64,000 nucleotides of DNA from Lingula anatina (taxonomy: Eukaryota > Animalia > Brachiopoda), in assembly GCA_051362555.1 (NCBI GenBank), contig CM120645.1, positions 18,724,001 to 18,788,000 on the forward strand, in the 5' to 3' direction. Positions within the stretch are counted from its first letter, which is position 1. Every line of letters begins with the position of its first letter. Positions 14,144 through 26,396 of the stretch are shown piece after piece. The position numbers and the translations under genes were made by a program. Under the pieces are notes generated by a model. It worked only from the letters and a program-made list of their open reading frames with translations. It did not search any database and was not told the origin of the DNA.

Positions 14144-15836
14144 TCAACAAGGTTTCTTCTTGACATACTGTATGTTACTTTTATCACCATTCCTGGATTC
14201 TTTTTCAATATACCGAAGTTCCGTGTGAGCTGTCACGTCCATGCCGCTGGAATAGGCGATGAGTGACAATGCAGATTGATCAAAACGGTGATTGCTTAAA
14301 CTGGAACCAGCTGGCGCTATGCATGGTTCTTCTAGAGCACAGTTCAACCACGGGAGTAGTAATTTATGAAAAACATTAGGTCTTTTAGACCAGCCACTAA
14401 AGCCTCCTGCAAATGATGGCTTCCTTTTTAAGGCCGTTTTGTTCACGTTCATATATTGGCACATTTTTTCATGCAAAAATACCGTGACATCACCGTCTTG
14501 CCCTTGGATAAGAATATAGCCATCCTTTGTCATCAATTCGTCTATATATGACATGTTTCCACTGAAGTAACTCCCAGCGTCTATCCACAGGATATTCCCT
14601 ATATCATCAACCATATCTTTTATTATTGCAGGTTTCCAAGCGTAAGTGTGTAAATTACGAAAATGCGGCGCATAATGTTCAAAATGGAATTTTTTGTACG
14701 TGACTCTGCACCATGTTTTGATTTCTGCTACTTGCTCCTCTGACAGGCCTAAGTCCCAGATCACAATGTTCCGCCCCGGGGACCAATGATGCACACTTCC
14801 TACTAAGTTCTTTAATCCCGGGGAGAAGAAGCCTGAACTAGCTCCGCTAACCACCGTGAAGGAGTATTGTTTTGGCATTTCTTGCAAGCCTGGCTTCATC
14901 GCTAAAAAATATTATCATATAAGTACACAACTTTAAAGACGAAGTTTATAACTATTTCTCTACACACCATATTCTGTAGACTTTTGTTTAATATATATTT
15001 ATTGCGGTTTCCAAAATATAATGAGAATAAATACCAAAATCATACACAAAAATGAAAACGTACAAACACCCACTTGCAAATACACACACGAGAACAATAC
15101 AAAAAAGATAGTATGGTACTCCAGAAATAATCACGTTACATTACAACATCACATCATCGATTAATTTAACAATAAAGAATAATACCGCACTTTTAGGTAT
15201 ACGTCACATTTACAGTTATTATAACACACACACACGCGCATGTCAATTTAGTTTGAGTTGTGTACGCAAATGGTACATCTGTAAAAGTAATCTGTACACG
15301 TTACAATGCATGTGCACAGTCGTACTTTCACCTGTTATGTATTTTTAAACGTCGGTTCCATTTTATCTCATGTGTCAATTATCAATATTTTGAGGACTTG
15401 ATAAAAACTTAACACACCTATGGGATTATTTTCCATAGATCTATGTAACTGGACTGTCTGAGGAATATTGAGAAAAGACGTTTTTTCAAAAACACCATTG
15501 TCTGCCTTTCCTTCTATCGTTTTTCCGTTGTCTGGAACACATACAAAGCAATTATAAACCACATTATCTATTCTTTGAACTCCAAATGTTGCCCCTAATC
15601 GCTTTAGGTAGATTTTTTCCATCGTGACAAAAAGGAACACCAACTTTTCTCTTAGCCCCCTATTGATGACAGTCTTTTGTAATATTGATCTACCGCCTAT
15701 TTTCAACTTACTATTGTACCACAGAGGTTCTAGTGCAAACTGCTTTTGTTACCTTGCTTTTTTACCAAAAATGAACTGTAGAAATTTAATATGAAATTTA
15801 TGCACCCAGGATACACAAAGCAGTCATGTAACAAAT

Positions 15837-15898
<62 letters not shown>

Positions 15899-16562
15899 GG
15901 TTTGTGGCAATGACGTTGCAGATATTTTACGTGCCTACAGAGTACATGAACGACGGCTTGTAAATGTTTATTGGATTTTGATTCGATGTGATACATACAT
16001 AATTATGGCACTACTCAAAAAATGTTTACTGAATGATTGAATCAGATGACAAATCAGAGACCAAAACTTTAATGTCACTGAAGACCTTGAATGTGTCAAT
16101 ACTTTGAAACTCAACCTCCTCTTACACGGGATTTGCGACCGTTTGGAAGTATAAATTTGGTTAACTCTCACCTCCTTTTAAGTTAGATTTGCCCAAAACA
16201 TCAGTGCTAATGTTGTAGTCTTTGTCTTTCGTACATGTAGCATATCTGTGACAGCTAGTGGGTCATTACTCGTTTTCCAAGCGGTCGCATACCGCTGAAG
16301 CAGGGAGTTACTTTGGGGTTAAGGGAGGCATTTGCTGTGTAGCAAAGAACCAGCGTTAGTGTTTTGATATAAAAGATTTCCGACAGGTTTTTGGGACGCA
16401 TTTCATGAACAGCACCATGGGATCTGAACTTAGATGATCTTGAATGACCTACCAGTACTCACCCAGAAATAAGCTTTTAATGTCTGCTCCATAAAGGTAG
16501 TAACTAAAAGCCGTTAGAATAATCAGAGCCGCTGCCGTTGGAACTATGATATATGGCTTCAT
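14144..16562 (-). CDS. DUF1647-family putative glycosyltransferase, paralog B (~285 aa, 2 coding exons)
   Basis: Exon 1 (16562-16463) is MKPYIIVPTAAALIILTAFSYYLYGADIKSLFL with phase-1 donor G|GTGAGT. Exon 2 (14901-14144) follows acceptor atttttAG. The catalytic exon aligns colinearly with paralog A (PGLKNLVGSVH, YAWKP, WIDAG, LIQGQD, HRFDQSAL, C-terminal KKPC). Confidence 0.87.
15340..15775 (-). mobile_element. Degenerate Tx1/L1-clade non-LTR retrotransposon ORF2 fragment in the intron of paralog B
   Basis: EPLWYNSKLKIGGRSILQKTVINRGL...VVYN...VP...FYQVL resembles the post-RT 'PLWxNxxIKIxGK' region of Tx1-type ORF2. Confidence 0.6.
15849..15895. repeat. (TA)n microsatellite
   Basis: Directly visible. 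Confidence 0.95.
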
Positions 16563-16727
16563 ATTATCGGCTTTCCAAGTGACATTACCGATCACTTTTG
16601 AGCGTCTACGCTGGTCTCCACGCCTTTTTGTTACACCGAGCGCTGTGCCAACGTGCAAATCATACGCACGCTACCTGGTGGAGTGAACACAAAAACCATA
16701 CACAGTATGTTACTCACCCCATTTTAA

Positions 16728-16950
16728 AGGGATAATAACTCTTCGTTTCGGCCAAAAAATGAATTTTCCTGGAGATTTTAACAGAGTATAGCCATCATTG
16801 GAGGTCACGTGGTCTAAAGACAAGCTCAGATATCAGAATAATAGCTATAACTGCCGTTTTGTGGTAAAACAGAATATATTATATTTCTATGAGTTGTTCA
16901 CATTGTTTTTATTGTGAAATATAGATCTCATACGAAGAGTTATTATCCCA
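16728..16950. mobile_element. Kolobok-like MITE, internally deleted copy
   Basis: TIR AGGGATAATAACTCTTCGT with TTAA on both flanks; homologous to 40635-40972. Confidence 0.8.
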
Positions 16951-17106
16951 TTAATGTGTTATCTAATATGTTATATTATCTATGCACACTTTTAATTTCA
17001 AATATAAGATAACTAGTATAGGCCTATACATATAATGAACAAAACTAATACACTGAATTTGTTAAATTAAGAGTAAAACTTACAATGTTATATAAGGAAG
17101 AGTTAA
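16951..17106 (+). repeat. Dispersed ~150-bp AT-rich repeat (second copy at 37517-37662)
   Basis: Near-identical ttaatgt.ttatctaatatgttatattatctatgcacact...aaaactaatacactgaatttgttaaattaagag at both places. Confidence 0.8.
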
Positions 17107-17173
17107 ACTTAGCCAACATAAGTTGGTCAACGTAAATGCATATTTTAATGACTATAAAAGTTTTGTAATCTAT

Positions 17174-17469
17174 GGGAGCATTCACATCAAGAAGAGCCGA
17201 GGTCTAGTAAGGCCGCGACCTAAATATGGCGGACCTACACGAAAGGAAGACCGCTAATCTTTTAATGGTCTCTCCGCCTCCCCCAGGGGCGGATTTAGGC
17301 CGTCTTCTGGGTCTTCCGGAAGACGGTCAGATTTTTAAGTTTACATTGACGGGTATCTAATTTTTTCTGTCGGAAGACGGTCAAAAATGGGGGGTGGCGC
17401 AACAAAGATAATTTGGAATACTGTCAGAAAATATCTCTGGATCCGCCACTGTCCCCCCCCCACGCCCCC

Positions 17470-17519
<50 letters not shown>

Positions 17520-17689
17520 ACGCGTTGTCCCTCGACCGGTTGAATTGAGCTGAGATTTAACTACTGTGCTCCTGCAGGAACGACGCGTGGTAAGGATTAA
17601 CAGGATTAGCGGTCTTCCTTTCATGTAGATCCGCCATATTTAAGTCGCGGCCTTACTAGACTTCGGCTCTTCTCGATGTGAATGGTCCC
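17174..17689. mobile_element. MITE with ~90-bp TIRs carrying a nested hAT-like MITE (17284-17451) and a poly-C tract
   Basis: Outer arms GGGAGCATTCACATCAAGAAGAGCCGAGGTCTAGTAAGGCCGCGAC... / ...GTCGCGGCCTTACTAGACTTCGGCTCTTCTCGATGTGAATGGTCCC. Inner element CAGGGGCGGAT...ATCCGCCACTG. Confidence 0.82.
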
Positions 17690-17704
17690 TTAGTCTTTCG
17701 TAGC

Positions 17705-17867
17705 CAAGGGCGGATTTAGGCCGTCTTCTGGGTCTTCCGGAAGACGATCAGATGTTCAAGTTTATATTGACGGGTATCTAATTTTTTATCGGTCAGAAGA
17801 CGGTCAAAATGGAGGATGGATCAACAAAGATAATTTGGAAGACTGTCAGAAAATAACTCTGTATCTG
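17705..17867 (+). mobile_element. Second copy of the hAT-like MITE seen at 17284-17451
   Basis: Near-identical gggcggatttaggccgtcttctgggtcttccggaagacg...caacaaagataatttggaa. Confidence 0.8.
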
Positions 17868-17869
17868 CA

Positions 17870-18330
17870 TATCTGTGACACTGGGTCATGATTCGTTTTC
17901 CAAGCGTTCCAATTCCTGTGAAGCAGGGGATTAATTTGGGATACAGGGAGAGATTTGCTGTATAGCCAAGAGCCAATGTCAGTGTTTTGATATAAAATAT
18001 TTCTGACAGGTTCTTGGGACGCATTTCGTGAACAGCACCATGGAACATGGGGATCTGAACTTAGATGACCTTAAATGACCTACTTACCCAGAAATAAGCC
18101 AAAAGCCGTTAGAAGAATCAGAGCCGTTGTCGTTGAAGTTATGACTTATTATTATCGACCTTCCAAGTAACACTGTCGATCACTTTCTAGCGTCTTAGCT
18201 GGTCTCCACGTCTTCTTGTTACACAGGGCGCTGTGTTGCCAACATACGGGTGATCAAAGTCACCCGCACGCTACCTGGCTGAGTCAATAAGAGCACAAAT
18301 ACTTTTAACAATGTATGCTAATCGACCCTG
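17870..18330 (-). pseudogene. Orphan, degenerate third copy of the DUF1647 signal-anchor exon and its flanks
   Basis: Clear nucleotide similarity to 16230-16720 and 9960-10335. It reads *VITSTTTALILLTAFGLFL: the ATG is lost and there is an internal deletion. The donor G|GTAAGT at 18088/18087 is intact. No catalytic exon of its own was seen. Confidence 0.75.
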
Positions 18331-19589
18331 AAGCAGTGGCAATTTTTCAATAACAACAATACAGGAAAGATGTTAAAGGTACAAACAAGATAAAAAATGA
18401 TGATGCACAAAATAGGTATTTTTTCCAAATTTGATGCAATAACACAAATGTAAATTATATGTAAATTATATAAAATTCAGTAAATACAAAAAAGAGAAGA
18501 AATTTAGAAAACAATGGAAACAGTCATAGCTAAATGAACAACATGTTTATAAACAACTTCTTAGATTGATGTATAAAGGAAGAAACAAATATAGGCCTAT
18601 CGGTAGAATAATTTCGATGTAAATAAATGTATGATGAACGCAGCTTTTCTTTCCACAGTACGTGGTTCGTTTTGTGTGTTTCGGTTAATTTGATATTATT
18701 CTTATATTGATGCCCAGGGGTTGTTTATAGGCTTTACATGTGAAGCATACCCTTCCGCATACTGAAAAATTAAGTATGCAGATAAATTAAAATACAACTT
18801 CTTCGTGGCCCCAAGGGAATTCACCACCCCCAGTGGCGGATTTTTTTTTTTTTTTTTTGGGGGGGGGGGAGGGATCAAGGGGGTCCTGACCCCCCCCCCC
18901 CCCTTCGATTTCTGAAAAAAAAAACCGCATCAATGGTCCCCTCTTGAAATTAGAATTTTGACTAGTTGAATCAAATGTCACCGTTCGACTTCTAAAATAC
19001 CGAAATTTAGGGGAATTCCATGTGAATAATGCAAAATTTACTGGGTGGTGGGGGTGGGTTATCGATGTTGGGGAAGTATAGGGGTGGGAATGTATCGGTG
19101 CCGGGACGTACACGGTATCAGTGCGGGGGGGGGGGGGGTACATTGTATCAACATGATCCACAGACATGCTTGACTGCGCTGCATATATAAATGCAAGTTG
19201 CACTGATTCAATCTAGTAATTAATGAAAATACCATTTTAGCTCAAGTTTCTACGATATCTAAAAGTTAAGCGAATTGTGATTTAACATCATGCAGTAACA
19301 TTATTACGGTAAGTAACGCGTATTTGGATTAAGACCAATTCATACAAATACAATCGGTCTTTTTACCCGTGAACCACTTAGAAATGGAGCAACAAAGTGC
19401 TCGACAAGCTTTTTAAAAAAATCTTGTCTTAAGAGATTCATTTTTCATCCAAAAGAGAACGAGTCGAACGATGTTAAATTAGCCTACCTGTGTGTGCAGA
19501 AATTTTAACTGCTCTTTCCTGCAGTCTTTCTCAGTGCTATTGTTTGACCACTAGGGGGAGTTGTGGTCAAAATAATATTATAGACTGGA

Positions 19590-20120
19590 CTAAGCCTGTG
19601 CCCCCACCCCTTCTTCAAGGTTCATTGTCATTGTAGATTTCTTGGTACAGATTGATTCCATAATGCTGCATTTAAGATTGTCATTTCACTGATCTTCGCC
19701 TCCTCCCAATTTATAATATAAAGTGATTGTTGCACGGTCCGTTATTGCTGATATCCATTCTGATAGTGAAACCTGTCTCCCTGCTCTCGTGAATGTTCTT
19801 TTTGATGTTACAGTCCAATCTTTCTTATGTCCCTTTAGACGGTAGCCAAAGTGTCTAGATATTTCCCCTGTGTATGTGACAGGACAAGAATCACACGGGG
19901 TTTTTGTTACACAACATCACTGTACTCCTCTTTTTCACTCTTATTCTTCGGATGTACTAGGATGTTTCTAAGTGTCTGGTGTGGTTTCATGGCTGTGCTG
20001 ATGTTATATCTTTTAAAGATCTGTTCGAGTAATCCCGAGAGACCTTTCAAATATGGAATAACTACCATGCATTTGTTCTTGTTGTTTTCTTCTCTTTTTG
20101 TTCTTTCTCTTTGATCTCTT
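19590..20120 (-). mobile_element. Penelope-like retroelement relic (linker + GIY-YIG endonuclease), frameshifted
   Basis: Minus-strand translation across frameshifts: MVVIPYLKGLS..RYNISTAMKPHQTLRNILVHPKNK..PCDSCPVTYTGEISRHFGYRLKGHKKD..SAITD..INWEEAKI..MNLEEG. This is the typical C-terminus of Penelope-like ORFs. Confidence 0.85.
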
Positions 20121-20469
20121 CCGTTCTCTTTTGGATGTAAACAATGAATCTCTTAAGACGATATTATACATAAATCATCCAGATGAACTTATTTTCTAAA
20201 TTTTTAAAACTCTGATATATTTTCGTTTATGATTTCTTTGATAAATGAATAGTTCTCCAGGAAATTTGGATTGTTGATCTTGTTTTTTGTCCAAAAGAAG
20301 GAGTCGCTGTCCTTCGGAAAATGCAGTTAAAATCGCAGATAAATTCACCAACTTGAAGAACAAATCGTTACAAATACGGGCAGAATTGTATGCCCGATGT
20401 TCCCGTTTTCTTCACAAATATTTTTTATGTACAGACACATATCTTTCTGTACATATAGCCATCACTTGC

Positions 20470-21786
20470 GCCTGTTTTCGTCGTCGACATACAATTTCGG
20501 TTTTATAACGCTAAGTGGAAACGGTTTTACCTTTTGTTTTCAAACTTTCAAAATTGATAAATATTCATAAAATACAGGTCGAGTTCGAAAATCAGCTTTA
20601 CCGTACCATTTCCTCAAAAGTTGTGGTATTTTTTCGCTTTTTTACAGCATGCGTTTCACTTTTTCTCCAAACTTACAGAACTGATGAATTTTTTATAAAA
20701 TTCAAGTTTGAAAATCAGCCTGGTTGGACCATTTTTATAAAAATTATGCTATTTTTTTGCGTTTTTTTTCAGAACATTTTGTCCTCTGTTATACAAATTA
20801 AATGAAAACCATTAAACCTTTCATCTTCAAACTTACAAAACTAATATATAAACCTTATATACAGGATGAGTTTTAAAAAATCAGCTTAATTGGACTATTT
20901 TTCTGAAAGTAATTGTTTCTTCTGCTTTTTTTAGCATATTTTATCCAATGTTATACAAAGCGGATGAAGACGGTGTCATATTTTGCTTTGACAACAAGCA
21001 GGACTGATTCGTAGGTCTTTTATAGAGGTAGAGTAGCTTAATCTGTATATAAGACCTATGAATCAGTCCTGCAGCTTAATTATTTTTGTTGAATAATCAT
21101 GGGGAAAAGTAAAAGTTTAAATCCAAATGTGTGAAGTGCGGTTCATGGCAGAAAGGTAGGTCTAAGATCAATTTCAAGATCACAGTTAGTAACTATGTGC
21201 ATACATGTATCTGTGCCAGTTCATGGTGAAAAGTACTTCAAAGGTCAATTTCAAGGTCAACGTTAGATTGCCAATACATTTCTTCCAATTCAAGTTCAAT
21301 AGTAACTATGGGTGTATCTCTGCCAGTTTTGGAGATATAAGGGACAGAAACCTTGCAAAGTTAAGTTCATGGTGAAAAGAAGGTCAAAGGTCAATTTCAA
21401 GGTCACAGTTAGATTGCCAGTATATGACTTCCTATTCAAGTTCAATAGTAACTATGGGTGTATCTTTGCTAATTTTGGAGTTACAGTAATGTGCCATGAA
21501 TTTTGTACAGAGGAAATTAATTGAAACAATGAAAAGATTGTTTTTGGTTGAAATTAATGAAATAGGTGCTCAGAAATTCCAGTTGTTAGAATTTTATGAA
21601 ATTCTGTCATTTTTGACAATAATTTGTCTGCCCTTCGCTAAGCCTTGTTATCTTTTCCCGACATTCAAAATTCATGGCAAATTACCATATTTCACATTTT
21701 ATTTTGACCACCACGTTTTACTTTTTGATATAGCACAACTAATAAACCGTATGGAAAACAAAAAAGTATTACAAGCTCTACAAAAT

Positions 21787-21820
<34 letters not shown>

Positions 21821-22280
21821 AAACAAACAAAAAAAAAAAAAAACAAGAGGTCTAGCATTTATGGTTCTAGAATTACCGGTAGAGAGTTTTCAGTTTCGGC
21901 ATCTAATGGCTGGTTCTCCCCTGAAAATGCACTGATTGACCCCAAACTCCCAAAGATGAAAGGAGTCCCTAATTGTAACCCCTCAGTATAATATGAGAGC
22001 TTAGGTCTGTGCAGTTTCTGAAAATTGGCACAAACAATTTTTTTTTACAGAAAATTCCCAATTTTAGAAAACTTTGTCTCATTTGACCTAGAAATAAAGG
22101 TCAAAGGTCAAATCCAAGGGCATATTTGGAATCTCCACATATGTCTTTTGGTCAGACTTCTGTAGTAATTTTTCCCATAATTCCTCAGGTTTGGGAGGTA
22201 TTTAGCATTGAATTTTCAAAAATTTTGACAATGGTGCGCTTCAACGAGCATCACGTCCAGGCCAATGCACCAAATGAGGA
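20470..22280. mobile_element. Cluster of Helentron/DINE-1-like non-autonomous elements with internal tandem repeats
   Basis: Degenerate units with ttcaaactt.ca.aa.tgat / gttcgaaaatcagc (20.5-20.9 kb). Units with aaggtcaatttcaaggtca..ttcaagttcaatagtaactatggg (21.1-21.5 kb). An AACAAGAGG start after poly-A at ~21842. Family assignment is from pattern recognition. Confidence 0.55.
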
Positions 22281-25200
22281 AAAAAAAGAAGAAAAAAAAA
22301 AGAAAGAAAACAGGGGGTTCAAGTTGAGATTATATGTGACCTAAATCCAAGAGATGGGGACACAGGTCCTTGCGGTCTAGGAGGAGAAGCTGTAACAGTG
22401 ACTTGTATCCCACACCGTCCTGCAAAGCTGGCAAAGCTGCAGGAGCCGGGGAGCCAGCGGTGATGTAAGAAACGGGTCGGGACTAAAACCACGAGTACTG
22501 CCAGCATACACGCTGGTGGTTCTAATAAATAACAATAAAACTTGAAACAAAGATCACTGATTTTACATTATCTTCTTGTTTTATTTGGCACAAACTCAAA
22601 ATTAAAGAAATCAAACACAATTTTAACAAATCTTAACAATAAGAACGTTTTTAACCTTTAATTAAAAAACTGAACTCTATTTCTCTGATTTTGCACCTCA
22701 TAAATTTATGATCTTGTTTTCCCCCATTTTGTTACTCTGGTCTTTCCTGAAACAGGAGTCAAAAATTCAATGAGGCAACAGGCTGGTTTAATACCAGAAA
22801 CCCCATTCACATACAAATGGTAAAAACATCTGCTCCTAACTAAGCCTGAACCTTAATGAACAATGAATCATAAGTTGTTCAGTAGATCAGATAATACTTT
22901 TAAGAAATTACATTTTTGCATGTGGAAAGATCGGGAGGGTCTGGATTCTTTCTGAAAGAGGACCCAGTACTTGTCCTGTTCCACATATCTAAAATCAAAT
23001 CGAAAAAAAAAAAAAAAAAAAAAATGCAACTCAAATCATGGATAAAATATTAACCCTCACATCTTTTGTCAGCATACCAAATCCCTGTTGGTCTAATATG
23101 TCTGTGTCTCAGGCTTAGAAACATGTTCTCTGTTTGTCCTATTCTATTGTTTGGGTCATACAGTCACAGCATTCACCACAAAGTTATATGGAAATTCTCT
23201 TCTGCAGAGTGCTCAATGTTAATTCATACTCAACTTGGTGACTCTCTAATGCATTTACTACTAGAAAAATCTTGCATACAGCAAAAATTCTAAAAATCTC
23301 AGAGCACTGTCATGATGAAATGAATTAATATTATTCCATAGTACAGGATCTATTAAATCAAATACATTCATAAAAATATGTATCCATGATAATTTCAACA
23401 ATTATCCTACAATAAATTTACTGGTCTGTGTTGATATGCTGATAATTCACGTTGATTTTGCTTCTGACACAGATAATTCACCCACCATTTTAATCCTTCA
23501 ATTGTGCAATTATTTCAGGGATAGTAACCTTGAGCAAAATGTCCCACGCAGTAATGCACACCACATTCAATTTTTCTTTGGTAATAGTACATATACACAT
23601 ACTATCCTTCATTATATCAACAACATCTTAAATCATTTCTTTCTCATATATGCCTATATATACTTGTACTGAATATGTTCTTTTCTAAGAGGCAAAAAAG
23701 GCTTGTCTGTACAAAATTGTAAAAAGAACTTAACAAAAAAATGTGATTTATAAGAAAACAAAAACCAGACTGCAGAGCTATCAAACAAACAGGCACTGAA
23801 CAGAAAACATCAAAAATAACCAGTTACTTTATAATCACTTATAGTGTCTGTAAATTAAAGATAACATTCCTATATATATGCTGTCTCTCATAGTTTACCC
23901 TAAGTGGTTTTGTAAAAGATCAAAATTAATTTATTACTCTGTTAATTATAGTCTTTCATCACCAGCAGACTTACCACATAAACAATTTTGTGATTTTTTT
24001 ACATATAATATATTAACAAAGCCAGAAAGACAACATAACAAACAAGCAAAAATCTGAATTTGAAGATTGAATGTATCGCAACTATGTACAGTAAATAACT
24101 TCCTACATCTGTCCAAACTGTAAGTACTTATAAACTTTTTAGGCTCTATAAACAATATAGTTAACATCACCTTCCAGGAGTCAAAGAACAATTGTATTCA
24201 CAACAACCTTATAAAACTATCCAGCATTAACATTTTGGCAAGAAAGCACAATAGGACTGGTAACCGTGTTATTTCACAGCCACTTCAAACTCCTCATAGC
24301 TGGCTCCTCACCCAGAAACAGAAAATTGGATCAATTAATATCTCATATCTTCAACTGGCATATTCCCTGAGTTCCATATGCAAAAATCAGTCCCTTGTTC
24401 CGAATTGGACGAAATCAACTGATGGCTGATAGCTATAGATATGTTGACTCCTCACACTGAAATTTAACAAATGAAACATCAGTAAGGTGTAAGATATTAA
24501 AAAACAAGACAAAACTTTTGTAGTGTAAGTGAATCCTATATTAATAATAAAAGATGTTTGAATACTATATATGCACATATCTGAAATTATTCTAAGAGTT
24601 GTGCCCTGGAAAGTCTGAGGCAGGCAGTCAACACACTTATCCATGGACAGTTAAAAGGATAACAAAAGTTTATATGAGATTCACAATAAATACACTGTAA
24701 ACAACATATAAATATATGATAAATTCCATTATACCACCAAAATGACAGTAATCACAATTATTCTGAAATTTTTGCTTGCCACTAGACCACTTAGACTTTC
24801 ATAGGTGGCTACATTCTGTAATATCCTCATTAGAGAGAATATGTGTTACCTTATTTCATTAAGATGAGGGTATGGGTCTCTTGTTAGTGAGCTTAAGTAT
24901 TTTAATTTAACCTCTACCTTTAGCATATATCATATAAAATCTCATTTTAAGATGAAGAATTAAAACAATCACATTATTCCTGTAATAAATGTTAGTTGTA
25001 AACAACAGGGTTGCCGTCTATTGGAGAACCACAGTTATCTTTAGTTTCCCTTCTCTCCACAAATTTATCACATGCATTGCAATCCAACTTGTGGACTACC
25101 CTACCCCTTAAATGGTGGCTCAGCAGCAGAGGAGGATAACTGTAGGGCTGAGTGGAACCACTAAGCTGGGCAGCTTAACTACTTCACTTGCATTACATTA

Positions 25201-26396
25201 CATTACATAGGCAATGATGTGTGCTACTCAGCACCTAGGTGTGAACTCGCTCCCATTGGCAAATACAAAGTGCATGTCTGGCGAGGAACACATTATCATC
25301 ACTCATGTCAAATTCCACAGTCAAATGGCACAGTCATGTAAAAATTTCTCATGTAAAACAGCAACTGCATCTGTAAGTGCTAAGCTGGGGCTGGTGTTGT
25401 AGGGTGGGGAGAGGAACTGAGGAGAGCAGTCTATGACAATATCGACTGTACACTAGGAAGCATAGCAGTTACAACATCTGTAACATATTCTTCACATAAT
25501 CTGCTTTGAATAAGGCCAACTTTTTATCAATGAATTGAGGATTTTTACCTGTGGTCAATGCTGAAAATTGAGACAAGCTCATCAAGAGTTAAAATGTCCA
25601 GTTATTGTCTCTTGCTTTGACAAAACGGAATCAACAGAGGGTTCTTATTTCTCCCTGGGTTTTCATCTTTTCCAAATTACTTCCCAACAATGTTGGTATC
25701 TTTTCAAATATACAAGCAAACAGAGGATGATAGTTTCAAAGTTTCTAACCTAAGGGAATGAGGAAAACACAAATTTTGCAAAATTGCTATGTTACCATTT
25801 AACCACCAACAGAATTTTATTTAAAAGCAATTTTTATTAAATTTATGACTGATTCAATTCAATTACGCTTGATCACTTGGTCATATTATTTGATTCAAAC
25901 AAATTGTTGACAAATTAAGCCCATATATATCTTATATATATCTAGCAGCAAATTTCGGCACCTTCATTAGATAAAAGCAGCTTTAATTGCCATTACAAAT
26001 CACAGCCCATTGCCTTTCAAAATTACATGGCTACCTTGGAAATCCTCAGGAATTGGTTCACTTCTGCGTCGTGCCAAAAACTGGAAGTTTGTTTATTAAC
26101 ATGAATGTTATGCAACTCAGTTAAAATGTGCGGAATATTAAAAACAATGTAAGAACATAGGAAAGCTAAAACCCATGGTTAAAAAAAGACTACTGAGCAC
26201 ATCTGATTAGCGAATGTTTGCATGTATTTAAGTTCTACTTAAAGATCATACCACAGAATTTTTATTATTTCATTATTCATATAGTTATGTACGCTACATC
26301 TTCGGATTTCTGAATCTCTTCATATTCGGAGATAAAGGAAAAGAAATTCAGTGATTGCACAAGGCCTAAACTATGAAGTCAACAGTATATGATTAC

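Noticed and set aside
17424-17624. Poly-Gly ORF; likewise poly-Lys ORFs at 21496-21991 and the poly-Asn ORF at 10-267
   Set aside because: Translations of homopolymer or microsatellite tracts.
25663-25749. Candidate final SLC26 exon after acceptor cattcccttAG (VRNFETIILC...)
   Set aside because: The acceptor is plausible, but the peptide has no supporting features and cannot be distinguished from read-through to the stop at 26379 without RNA data.
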